DNA from: a virus
DNA length: 64,000 nucleotides
Direction: 5' to 3' (one strand)
IMG/VR virus record: IMGVR_UViG_3300042453_001086
Coordinates: 64,001 to 128,000 of that record
Positions within the stretch are counted from its first letter, which is position 1. Each line of letters starts with the position of its first letter. Shown here in pieces: positions 40,301-50,600 of the stretch. Position numbers and translations under genes: made by a program. Below the pieces are notes generated by a model. It saw only the letters and a program-made list of their open reading frames with translations. It was not told the origin of the DNA and searched no databases.

Positions 40301-43300
40301 TGTAGTAAACTTCAGTGAGTTTGGCACTCCAGTTTGCTCTGAAGTATCATAAACAATACTATCTAATGAACCGCCCCATGAAGACAATGGTTGTGGGGGC
40401 AATCCATTTGGAATAATCAACAATCCACTAGCATTTCCATTTGCGTCTGTAGTAATACTGGGGAACGCAACATCTGTGAATGGACCTACAGAATTTCCTC
40501 CTATTCCAGTAAAATCATAATCTTGTGCTACCCATCTATCTATGTTTTTATTATCCATGAAAACATAGAACTGGGAGTTTGGCTTCATTCTTTGTAGAAC
40601 AAAGAATATTGCATTTGATCTACAAATAGGATTGATGTATGTACTTCCAGTGCCTCTGCCAGATTCATTATTCTGAGGACTAATATTAGAGGAAGTGGCA
40701 ACAGTTGCAGAAACTGTATTTGCTAAAGATGTTTCGCTGCTTAATGAAGATAAAGCGTTTGTGGTGAAAAATACTCTATTTGCTCCGATCCAGTTAACAA
40801 TAAAATTATTGTAAATACTTTCATAACCAAGTCTAGAATCATTCTTTGAATAGAAGACGGAGAATATTTTTGAATCATTATCCAAGATTATTGGTTGGGA
40901 TTTTTCATCATACCATTGATCTGCAGAAGGACTAATAAATGCATCACCAACATACTGAAGAACAACAAATGGATTAATATTTGTTGTTGTGGTTGCAAAA
41001 TTATTTCCGATGAAAGATGTATCTGAATATGGTAAAGTTAAAACATCTCCAGATTTTTTATAACCACTGAAGAATCTTTGATCTTCTCTGGTGTTGACTT
41101 CTTTCAATCGTAATGATGTTTCTCTGGACGTTGCTCTCAAAACAGATTGCTGAGTATCAATAGCACATTTATATGATAAAGAAGCAACATTTCCAAAAGC
41201 ATGGTTCTGGAAATTGTCAACTGCAAATCCACTCTTAAATCTATCGAGACCTAAATCATCCTTTATCTGCATATTTAATGCTTGCTGCTCAAGCATACTC
41301 AATAAAGTATACTCTTCTAGTCTTTCGATCCTCTTCTCTAGTTTGCCAATATCTCGCATAGTATAGCGACGATTATCAACAGGAATGATGCGAACATCTA
41401 CGGGTGATAATGTATAGGCTGGGATGTACGCATAATAAAGAGGTATAGAGTCTTCAATATCCGAAGGTTTTGTTGGGTTTAGTGATGAGTTTCCTTCTTT
41501 AACGAAAAAGTCTCCCTTCTTGTTTAAATAGATGCCATCGATTCTATCCAAATACTGATTCGTGTTAAAAGATATTGTATATTCAATATTGGAATCTACT
41601 GCAGGGGTGCTTGAAATAATACCACCAGAACGAATAAAACTAGTGGAGTCTTCAACGGAAAGAAGAGAAGTATCTTGATAACCAGAGATGATAGCAGTGC
41701 TATCTACTTTTGGTCTAAAATCAATAACATCTCTTAAAGCCACTCTTCCATAAACGGTGGAGTTGAAGTATGGGATTTCGTCAAGAGGTAACCCAGACTC
41801 GTGGGTATAAGAATCGATCGTACAGAAATCTCCTTGGGAATGCTCAAAATAATCAAATGTAACTAACAGTTGACCATTTGGGGGATCAAATCCTGGTTTT
41901 AAGACAATCCTAGAAACATCATATAATGTATCTCTTTGACCATCATCAAAAGTAAATCTATCTGTTATGTCGATACCTGATACTAGATTTCCAGCGGAAT
42001 CTACAGATGGAGGTGCAGTAATAGAACCCTCATAGATTTTTATCAAACGATATGCATCTGAGTATGTGAGAATGTCATTACTATCAGAATCATAATCATA
42101 TCCTCTTAAAGGAATAACTCTATCTCCTGGAGAAGCAATGACGATTCTTCTATTTTTTACAGCAGTTTTAAGTCTAGCTCTTGCCTTAGAAACTTCTACC
42201 GTTGCGGTGAGTTTTATCTTTGGGAAGTTTGTGCTAGTTCCAAAGAAGTTTAATGGAAGATTTACAGTAACGCTACCAGCAGTTAATCCTGTACTGTCAT
42301 CGGTTGAGTTAGCAATAACAACCTTGTCAGAAGTTAAGTAAATAATATCGCCAGTCTCGACTGTAGTTGCTCCTCTTTTGTCTAGGACTGTTAATAAGAA
42401 TGCTTCTTGTGAGAAAGAGACAAATCTCTGTGTTCCAAATGGGAGTTGAGCAGCAAATGTCAAACCACCACCTGAAGTGGAAGCGGTTGTTACAAAATCT
42501 CTTCTAAAGTAATATTTTATTTTAGAATCAGCCGAAGTTTCTTCTATTGATTTGAGGTTCTTTGCACCAGCTGGAATAATCAAGGAAGAGTTAGTAGCAT
42601 TATCAATTTTTGGTCGGATTCTAATAACGTTCGATGCGGTGACATTTTCTGTCAAAACTCCATCTAGATACACTCTCGAACGAATCAAACTTCCTGGTTT
42701 GGTGACGTATTGAACTACAGATCTTACTAGTTTGTTGTTTGAATCTGTAAACTGAATGATATCTCCTTGAATCAAATCATTTGATGGGTCGCCAGAAAAT
42801 CCAGAACACTCTATGTATTGAGATCCCTTTGAACCAAAAAATGTGAAATCAGTTAAAGTTTTTGGAACAAAATAACTTATATCTTGATTAACAACATCAC
42901 ATGTAAATGTATTACTGTTTCCTACACCAAATGTTGAATGTATTGATTTTACGTTTTCTGCAGAATAGTTGACAACAGTGTTTCTATATAATACTGGCGT
43001 CAACTTGGCATATGTAGTTGGTGTAGTAGAACTATTAATATTTAATATTGGTGGGGAAGTATAAGTTTCGGAAACTAGATTTCTATCTAAAACATTAATC
43101 TTATAAACACTACTTCCAAGTAAACTAATGCGAATAGCATTATCACTATACTGAACACCATTTAATAGAACTGTGGAATTTGAAGAATATCCACCTCCCC
43201 TCTCTTTAACGATAATATGAGAAAGTGTATTTTCTCTGGCAATTCTCCTGGAGTTACCAATCTCATCGGTAATAGTTTCTCCTGGTCTAAACTGTCCAGA

Positions 43301-45757
43301 TAAGGTTCTTACAAATAAAGTTTCCACAGAAGACATTCCATACGAAGAAGAACCCTCGATAATACCATAGGCTCCGCTGCTTAATCCAACTATATACTTG
43401 CCTGGTTCAAAAACATCCGCTGTGATAGGTTCATCAACAATAATCTTGGTGAAGAAAACTGGGTTGAAATAAGATAACTGAAATGTAGTATTGTAAGTTG
43501 GTTGTGATAACAGAGCGGTAGCAGTAGCTCCAGACCCAGTAGTTCCTGTAAATGCTATGGTTGGTGCGGTTATATATCCAGATCCAGGATTGGTTACTTT
43601 GATGGAGATTATTTTACCATCGGCAATAATCGCCTCTCCAGCGGCATTAGCACCACCTCCACCCGTGAACGTTATTCCTGGGGGATTCGATGATGAATAA
43701 CCATTGCCACCGTTAGTAACAACAATAGAAGTTAAACCAGCATTAGCAGAAGATCTTCCTTTTGATAAAATAATATCACTATCTGGATTAAATCCAACCC
43801 CAGATTTAACAAACTTAAAATCTTTTGGTTTTGCTATTCCTACTACTGGTGATATAACAGGATTATAATCTACCACATAACCATATGGGAAAATAGTTTG
43901 TGGCGTTGTGGTCTGGAAAGAATATTGTCTTGCATCAGACTCAGAAAGGAAAAATCTTCTTCTTTTCGTAACATCAGATTCATCATATTCTTTAATCAGT
44001 TGTTGCAAATCACTTTTATTTCCAGCAACAGTTAACTCCAAAAATAGTTGATTGTACTCACCATCTTCATCCACAGAATCTGCGATATCTGGTCTAGCAA
44101 CTATAGAATATGCTAATAACTGAACACTAGAAACTAATGTATCTACTGCTGTAGTTTGTTTTGATTGAATGTACCAAAACTTCTCAAAGTTTCCACCAAC
44201 CAAACCAAAGTCTCCATTATTAGGAAAACTCACTGAAGGATGTTCTTTTTTAAGATAAATGGTCATTACTCCAATATCAGGAGTAAAATATTTCCCTCTA
44301 CGGATTAATGTTTGCTTTTCTAGCGCACCATCAGTCAATGATTCTGTGGAGTTAAATCCTAAACTACCATCATTAAAAACAGAGTTTAGATAAATGGTTG
44401 GATATGCAGTTAGATCTTCTCCCTCTGAGTTTAAGGGAACACTGTTATAAACATTGGTAATCTTATAGGAAGACAATGGATTAATTTTTATTCTATTATC
44501 TTCTTTCTTTAACGTATCTCTTGCTTTACTTACTTCAATATATTTTGTGTTTTTATTTACTATCTCAAATCCCTTAACATATGCTTTTCCAGAACCAATG
44601 CCAGCAACCATCAATCTAGAAGCTTCATCGATCGTTCTAGATACAGTTTCGTTTGTTTCTGGATCTAATGGTCCAGAAACTAGGTTTGTTTCAGTGTTTA
44701 AAGGATAAATGCCGCCATTATCATTCTTTTTATAATACTCTCTCAAATCAACTGGGAAGTTTTCTACAACATAATCCCCAGATTCATCGAACGTTCTTCT
44801 TGCTAAAGTTTCTTCGATGATGCTATAATCATTAGCTTTAACTAATCTTTCAATATTACCATTTCTTAATGAAACTAACTGAATGAAGTTGGGATCTAAA
44901 GTATCATCGTATGAATAAACTTTTAGTTGTAAATCTATTTTTAGTCTATGAGCTCCTGGAGCAGATTCATTCGAGAATCCACGAGCATTATCATAAAGCG
45001 TCACATCTTCATTTGGAGTTATGATAGATTCTAATATTTCAAATCCCACCTTCACTGAAGGTGAGTTATAATACTTATCTACAATAACTAGTTGTTCTTG
45101 ATTTGTAACAAAAAATCCGTTTACGAAATAAACTCCCTGCTGTACTTGAACTGCAGAGGCAAATCCCATTGCAGGACTATCTATTTCCGTGATAGTTTTA
45201 GTATCATAATCTAAAACCCCAATACGATTAGGAAGAGCACTTCCATCCGTACCAACAACTAAAGTAGGAGTATCAGATACTCCTACCACTTCTAGGGTTT
45301 CTCCTTGTCTAAAAGTTTCCTCGTTATTACTATTTCCGCTAGTTAAATATTTTACATAAAGAATATCAGATTCTAACTCATTCCCATATTCAGTGGCAAT
45401 AACTGTTGCCTGAACGCCAGAAGTTAATCCTTGAATAGTAGCATTTCTTAGTAAAGAAATATCATATTTCTGAAATGTTATAACACCATTGATGTTAACA
45501 GCAACTTCAGAAACAGATGATAACTTTACATAGTTTAATCTATTATTGTAGGATACCTCTCCAGGTACTACAAGATCACCTTGTTTGAAAATATGTCTTC
45601 CAAAATTTTCAATCTGATTTTGTAGTATTGACTGTAGGTTATTTAACTCTCTTGTTTGTATAGAATATCCTGGTCGGAATAAGACTCTATAAAACCCTTT
45701 TTCTGACGCAAAATCATCATTATATACTTTATTGTTGAGATTAATATTCTGAGGCAT
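37316..45757 (-). CDS. vrlC: VrlC-like / DUF4815 large virion structural protein (2813 aa)
   Basis: YNDDF..EKGFYRVLFRPG.SIQTRELN.LQSILQNQIE.FG, LARRTFDESGDY, NRRYTMRDIGKLEKRIERLEEYT.LS.LE, RFKSGF.VDNF. Confidence 0.8.
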   Translation of the reverse strand: MPQNINLNNKVYNDDFASEKGFYRVLFRPGYSIQTRELNNLQSILQNQIENFGRHIFKQGDLVVPGEVSYNNRLNYVKLSSVSEVAVNINGVITFQKYDISLLRNATIQGLTSGVQATVIATEYGNELESDILYVKYLTSGNSNNEETFRQGETLEVVGVSDTPTLVVGTDGSALPNRIGVLDYDTKTITEIDSPAMGFASAVQVQQGVYFVNGFFVTNQEQLVIVDKYYNSPSVKVGFEILESIITPNEDVTLYDNARGFSNESAPGAHRLKIDLQLKVYSYDDTLDPNFIQLVSLRNGNIERLVKANDYSIIEETLARRTFDESGDYVVENFPVDLREYYKKNDNGGIYPLNTETNLVSGPLDPETNETVSRTIDEASRLMVAGIGSGKAYVKGFEIVNKNTKYIEVSKARDTLKKEDNRIKINPLSSYKITNVYNSVPLNSEGEDLTAYPTIYLNSVFNDGSLGFNSTESLTDGALEKQTLIRRGKYFTPDIGVMTIYLKKEHPSVSFPNNGDFGLVGGNFEKFWYIQSKQTTAVDTLVSSVQLLAYSIVARPDIADSVDEDGEYNQLFLELTVAGNKSDLQQLIKEYDESDVTKRRRFFLSESDARQYSFQTTTPQTIFPYGYVVDYNPVISPVVGIAKPKDFKFVKSGVGFNPDSDIILSKGRSSANAGLTSIVVTNGGNGYSSSNPPGITFTGGGGANAAGEAIIADGKIISIKVTNPGSGYITAPTIAFTGTTGSGATATALLSQPTYNTTFQLSYFNPVFFTKIIVDEPITADVFEPGKYIVGLSSGAYGIIEGSSSYGMSSVETLFVRTLSGQFRPGETITDEIGNSRRIARENTLSHIIVKERGGGYSSNSTVLLNGVQYSDNAIRISLLGSSVYKINVLDRNLVSETYTSPPILNINSSTTPTTYAKLTPVLYRNTVVNYSAENVKSIHSTFGVGNSNTFTCDVVNQDISYFVPKTLTDFTFFGSKGSQYIECSGFSGDPSNDLIQGDIIQFTDSNNKLVRSVVQYVTKPGSLIRSRVYLDGVLTENVTASNVIRIRPKIDNATNSSLIIPAGAKNLKSIEETSADSKIKYYFRRDFVTTASTSGGGLTFAAQLPFGTQRFVSFSQEAFLLTVLDKRGATTVETGDIIYLTSDKVVIANSTDDSTGLTAGSVTVNLPLNFFGTSTNFPKIKLTATVEVSKARARLKTAVKNRRIVIASPGDRVIPLRGYDYDSDSNDILTYSDAYRLIKIYEGSITAPPSVDSAGNLVSGIDITDRFTFDDGQRDTLYDVSRIVLKPGFDPPNGQLLVTFDYFEHSQGDFCTIDSYTHESGLPLDEIPYFNSTVYGRVALRDVIDFRPKVDSTAIISGYQDTSLLSVEDSTSFIRSGGIISSTPAVDSNIEYTISFNTNQYLDRIDGIYLNKKGDFFVKEGNSSLNPTKPSDIEDSIPLYYAYIPAYTLSPVDVRIIPVDNRRYTMRDIGKLEKRIERLEEYTLLSMLEQQALNMQIKDDLGLDRFKSGFAVDNFQNHAFGNVASLSYKCAIDTQQSVLRATSRETSLRLKEVNTREDQRFFSGYKKSGDVLTLPYSDTSFIGNNFATTTTNINPFVVLQYVGDAFISPSADQWYDEKSQPIILDNDSKIFSVFYSKNDSRLGYESIYNNFIVNWIGANRVFFTTNALSSLSSETSLANTVSATVATSSNISPQNNESGRGTGSTYINPICRSNAIFFVLQRMKPNSQFYVFMDNKNIDRWVAQDYDFTGIGGNSVGPFTDVAFPSITTDANGNASGLLIIPNGLPPQPLSSWGGSLDSIVYDTSEQTGVPNSLKFTTGIKTIRFTTSVDGKNDSSVDSYTEVNYYATGALPQQPSSIVSTYPAKFRSDEGVQTVGGASVKPNPISQSFKIENTPGGVFVTGMDLFFNKKSSSIPVKVYLTNIESGKPGNYVVPGSESVLLPDTYIKVYTNGVLKITKGENAVGQVSGASGPLKTVIDRNGAELPVDTQNRFTLNNDQVYTVVLSNHNGVDFKQNENLLFTSLTSFNATSNTDLKVTTAKDSGRITGLYIKNMGSGYETVNLTIESPQLPGGAVATASGKCYDGNVFESSLIINGSGYTEAPSVIITGTGTAPSGAVIESILTIDTPAIRMGVAVDPGSDIATDSTTPTKFKFEYPVYLQNNTEYAFVVESDSIDYSIWTSELGQTEVSTNSAVTSQPLLGSVFRSQNINTWVEDIFEDIKFTIYRAQFDTSKTAIIELTNEDLGYELLDPNPIETDSSASTNATSELFKNNKSIVKINHRHNGFEDSGKSYVSFKNAQTIAGISDDYLNNSFFKVYNSGSNFYNIKSEIPATSTLFGGGSTVKASYNKKFEKSYAQIGFLSFDNTTVLSSIKTTNIVPVDSGSVTYSTYSQSLDNNGYERTFLNEEHFFDNQKVVMSRLNELKNQTITEKSLSYKIEMSSTSSFLSPVVDLRLCSVKLINNIIEKPSGYENRYGRRDQVLKFYPVYRFQITSQNPLNIDVGSPSVPAIVTGFTSKAVGTIVKLDSGQLYVKMSTDTLFQPSENLIFRNNPTDTSVFVGSASPIEVVPEFVVGTDVVAIEKTDVEKTYTGLIQGKIINWDSSRRELTVSNNKKPLNDNYTSAATFGSIYARKDTSVATQEADIFRVGDLLSYQGIVSGTESFTEIKQIDYTPGVLYVPDTSTNNTSSLAEYTTKEIVIENGSTSVDVRLTANVFNSDDILVYYKTKDVSSQYNFDDLDWTPFNQSGEPDVPVLPSSDNTIAAYLESQSSYKEYKYSVSGLNEFSSYGVKIVMRSSQPVFVPKVQDVRIVASY

Positions 45758-45799
45758 TTTACAAACTTCTAACGGTTAATAGTATAGTTGAATAATATA

Positions 45800-47566
45800 T
45801 CAAAACTCAATAACTAGTTTAATATCTTCAATTTGGTCTGGAGCTCTTGAAATAGTTCTTCTGTTTTCTAAGTATAGAATCTCACCAGAACGAGGTTGAA
45901 CTTCTGGTAAAGCAATGCCATTCTCAAAGTTAACACCTAAAACATCAGTGTCATATGATGTATCTACTGTACCTGAAATACCCGAACCCCCCAGCTCAAC
46001 TGGAGCTGAAACGGCGTTTGCTCCGTTAGAAGCAAATCTTCTCACTACACCAGTAGAATCTCTGTGGAAATCGGAACTTTGGAAATATTTCAACACACCA
46101 GAAGTTGTACTATTTTCATCCAGAACCCATGAAACAACGGTTCCATAAGCAGTTCCACCAGTAACAGTTTGCTGGATAGTTTCATCTTGAATAAAATCAC
46201 CAGAAACATTAGTCAACTTAACTGCATATAGGCATTGAGCAGTATCTGCTAATAGTGTAGAAGATGATTGATAAACTTTAGGATCAGCAACAATACCAAT
46301 TCTTCTAAAATCATTATCGATTGGGAAATCGCCTTGCCCTTCAGCATAAGTCAAACGAACATTGAGCATAACTCTCTTCGAGTTCAACTCATTGATTAAA
46401 TCTGCTCCATGTCCACCCTGAGGAGGGATAATAACATCTAAATCGCCTTGAACGTTACTTACGCCAGTTGCGAGAGTCGATAAATCTTGGGAAGTGTAAA
46501 TAAATGCGGGATCAATAATAACGCTTGCATATGAATAGTCAGATCCAGATGCCACTACTTCTACCGATGAAATTGCGGCAGAAGCATTTGTCATTATCTT
46601 TACTTTTCCGCCAGTACCATCTCCGCGAACAGGGGAGTAGAAAGTGGAAGATTGTGGCCATCCAGACCCAGCATCTCTAACTAAAACAGTTGAAATACCG
46701 CCATCAACAACTGCTGGTCCATTATATGTACAGATAGGCATGAAATCTGTAGATAAGAAACGGATTACATCATCTGTTGGGATAGTATATAGATATTTCC
46801 AAGAATAGTTGCCATTTGGTTCGGTATAAACACCAGTAGTTCCATTATATGTACCTTCACCTTGTTGTAAGAATGCACTGGTTTTTGGTTCGTAGGTGAC
46901 ATTCGCGCCACTACCATTTGTTAGGCAAACAAAAACTTCATAGTGTCTATTTTTACAGAAATATTTTGCATCCTTGAGAGCAGTTGCGCCAGTAGCAGAT
47001 GGATTTTTTACGGAATAGTCAGGTCTCCAAATATCAAAAATTGGATTTACGATTGGATCATAATCATATCTTCTGATTACAGGTCTACCATATGAAGAGG
47101 TGATTCTCTTCATTGCAATCATATCATCATATACAGTATACTTATCTTCCTGGTTATCAAATGGAAGGATAGGAATCTCGTCAGTTGCAAAACGATAAAC
47201 ACCAGTTTTACACTGAGCTCCTGAAGTAGCACCTTTTAGTGTAGAAGCATTTACGGGAAGAGCATTGACAGTTGGACCAATATTATAAAGTAATAGACTG
47301 TTTTGATAAACTGCGGCTACTTTTGCTTTGAAGACGGCATTTGCTAATCCTGGAGTAACTCCATCTATATAAACAAACTCGTTTACTTCAAAACTGGAAG
47401 AATTTTGAGAATAAATCTCTAAGTATGAATACCATCTTTCTGGTCTGCCCAAAAAGAAGTACATTTTTGAGCGGTCTGAAGAAGAATCTGTAGTTCCCTC
47501 GGAAAGAGATTCTAAAAACTGCTTCGCGTTAAATATTCTAAACTTATCAGAAATAATTGGTGCCAT
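45800..47566 (-). CDS. gp8: Baseplate wedge subunit, cyanomyovirus-type
   Basis: MAPIISDKFRIFNAKQFLESL, YDDMIAMKRI, GNYSWKYLYTI, IIPPQGGHG, NDFRRIGIVADP, GEILYLENR..I.RAPDQIEDIKLVIEF. Confidence 0.9.
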   Translation of the reverse strand: MAPIISDKFRIFNAKQFLESLSEGTTDSSSDRSKMYFFLGRPERWYSYLEIYSQNSSSFEVNEFVYIDGVTPGLANAVFKAKVAAVYQNSLLLYNIGPTVNALPVNASTLKGATSGAQCKTGVYRFATDEIPILPFDNQEDKYTVYDDMIAMKRITSSYGRPVIRRYDYDPIVNPIFDIWRPDYSVKNPSATGATALKDAKYFCKNRHYEVFVCLTNGSGANVTYEPKTSAFLQQGEGTYNGTTGVYTEPNGNYSWKYLYTIPTDDVIRFLSTDFMPICTYNGPAVVDGGISTVLVRDAGSGWPQSSTFYSPVRGDGTGGKVKIMTNASAAISSVEVVASGSDYSYASVIIDPAFIYTSQDLSTLATGVSNVQGDLDVIIPPQGGHGADLINELNSKRVMLNVRLTYAEGQGDFPIDNDFRRIGIVADPKVYQSSSTLLADTAQCLYAVKLTNVSGDFIQDETIQQTVTGGTAYGTVVSWVLDENSTTSGVLKYFQSSDFHRDSTGVVRRFASNGANAVSAPVELGGSGISGTVDTSYDTDVLGVNFENGIALPEVQPRSGEILYLENRRTISRAPDQIEDIKLVIEF

Positions 47567-47602
47567 TTCTTGCTAATCTCTCGTAAGTTGGTAGGTTCTG
47601 TT

Positions 47603-47616
47603 TATTTATATTTATA
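47603..47616 (-). promoter_or_regulatory. Two overlapping T4-type late promoter boxes (gp8)
   Basis: TATAAATA at 47609-47616 and 47603-47610. Confidence 0.75.
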
Positions 47617-47619
47617 CTG

Positions 47620-50600
47620 CTATTCCACAACAAAACTGCCTGTTCTTGTTAAAACAAGGTTTGTTGTGATATCTGAATATGTGTTCTGGAAAGTGTAAAA
47701 ATAACCTGGAAGTGAATATGATACAGAATCAATAATAGTGGTGAAATAAAACTCCATGTCTTCTGTAAATGTCCTCAAATAATCTCCAGCAGTATGTTGT
47801 TGAGGCATAGTGCCATTCATACCTCTAGTAATATTTAAGAAACGATCTGATAACTTACTTGCATAAAATACAACTTCATCTCCTATCAACAATGCTCCGC
47901 TATCGGGAAATGGTGTGGTTGGATTATTTTCACCTGAAATATAAACTACAGAATCAGTTTCATTTATAGAGATGCCCAAAAATGCTCCATATTCAGTTAC
48001 ACTATCTCTACCAAACATCCAGTATTCTTTAGATTGTGAGTAGTTAGATTCTGAGTTGATTTCAAAATCTTCAATAGTTAAAGTTGGGTGAGCATTTTCC
48101 AGCATTTCCAAAGTCAATGCGGATGAAGTATTATACCCAACTGCAGCATTTTGCAAACCATTGAAATCATAATAACCCAATGGAGCGCCTAACTGATATT
48201 GAGTGTATTCTACAGAATAGTTTTCATCTCCATAAGAATCAACAGCTCCACTTATTATATTAGCGGTTTTTATGCAAGAAGTTTCGTAAGAAGAAATACT
48301 TGTAACGTCTTGCAATGGAGTTTCTAGATGTATTCTGATAATAGAATAGATATCACTATACGAAGAAATATCCGCACTGAGATTCATTATTACGTTTACT
48401 CTTGTCTCTTTCCACCCAAACTCATTTCCAGTATCGACCTTAGGTTGTATAATATTAGTTCCTAAGTGTGCAGTTGATAGTGGAGAAACAAAAGGTATTG
48501 ATGTATTGTAAATATTTGGTTTTAATGTTGGGATTATTACTGTTACAGTATTTGATAACTTGAGACCTGGAACTAGATAGGTTTCTAACCCCAGTTTGAA
48601 GTATGCTGTAGTTAGATTTTTTTCGGATTTAAGAATATCATATCCATAAGTAACATATACCTTTGGAGGCGTTAAGTATCCACTGCCACCAGAAAGAAGA
48701 ACTAAATCTATAACTTCTCCATTGTGAAGGATAGCAAAAGCTCTAGCACCACCACCTTGGGATGGGGATGTAATAGATCCACCTTCATCTAAAACTGGTT
48801 GAGGAACAAACATCAACTCAGGTAAATCCTCGTAACCATATGCATTTGGTTGTGGGAACACTTTAGTTTGAACATAATCATTGTAATCTTTTTTGTTCCA
48901 TGTCAAAGAAATAATTTGACCATATGTGGGGGATGTGGGATCTGTGTCAACTTCTGGTAGGATAGTTAAACCCTCACCTCGCTGTGGTTTATTGTAAGAT
49001 GATACCTCAATCTTTCCGTAATAACTAGTGTTTACATCATCATTATCTCTGTATTGTGTTTTATACGCTTCTGTTGGAGTAGATCTGACGGTTCTAAAGT
49101 CTTCTTCTCCATCAATTTTTATTAAATCATCTACTTCAATATTGTCATCATATATTGGTTTTAAGGAAGTACCTTGTAACCATCCTGGTTTAGATTTATC
49201 GATGATTTCTAAAGTTTGATCATTTTCTCTAAACTCATCTACAGATAAAACTTTAAAATCAGAAATATAAACATCAATATCACCATAGTTTCCTCTAATC
49301 TGTCTCACTATCAAGGCGTAACCAGATTCTATCTTTTTATTGATAGAAGATTCAACTGTTATTACATAGTTTGTATTTTCTTTGCTAATTTTAGCAACTC
49401 TTCCGCTAGATATCACATTAAACTGTTCGTCTACGGCATCTATGACAGCATTTACATATTGACCATAACCATAGTTCAAGTCAACTTGAAATGCGTTAAC
49501 TGTTATATTATATCGATTAAAAAATGGAGTATCTTCAAATCCGAAAGCTGTTGCAAACTTTTGAAAATCTCTGCCATATAAGTAAACTATGTCAATTTTG
49601 CTATCTGGTTTCAATGATTCTTTAAATGTGATTGTAGAACCATTAACGTCATAAGATTTTAATCTTCTCTGCAAGACATTATCCACAAAAACAAATAGAT
49701 TTCTATCATCATCAATAAAAACACTTTTTCTATCGACAACTGATCTTAAAATAAATGGACCCGTTTTTTTAGATTCGATTAAATATTGATCAATCCCAAG
49801 TGGTAGATAGTTACCAACTCTATACGCAAAGAATGATTGTGGAACACCTTCTTGTATTAATGGTGGTTCTGTAAATACAATAACATTTGGTGTGACTGTT
49901 TTTCTTATATAATAAGATCTCTTGAGTGGTATTAATGGAGTAACACCAGGAACCTGTAAGACACCATCTAAAGAAACGAAAAGATTGTCATTTGCATCTA
50001 AAACAACAGGAGTATTATCTTCATAATAGAGATCAAATTCTGTTTGCACTCCATTAAACTGAGTAGAAATACTCTTTATTTTCTTGAAATATTGTGTGTT
50101 TAGTTGCGAATCTTTAAATCCAACATATCTACCAATAAAAAACTGAGACTTAGTATCAACACCTTCTCGATACTGGGACAGAGAAATTGGATCTCCAAAA
50201 ACATCTCTATATCCCAGCGGTGCCTGACTAAATGTAATCTGAGTTCCAGAAACAGTATATGCTAATCCTGGCTCTTGTAAGATACCATCTAAAGTTACAA
50301 TCAAGTTGTGTACATTAGAAACATTCAATGGTAGATTAGAACTACGCAACTTCATTGTAAATGTTTTTGTTCCAGAACGATTACCGTTGGCATCAAAATA
50401 TCCGTTAAAATCTGGAGTTAAGTAAAAATCATACGATAAAGTTTCTGAAGAATCATATTGAAGAGGTACGATAGATCCTTTTCCACGGAACTGATTTATA
50501 TTTGTAGTTTGTGCGATAATCTCTGTAACTTTAGTTGTGCTACTTTGTAGAGTAACTCTGCGGTCTAAAGATTCGTCGTCCCATAACTGCAGTAATCTAA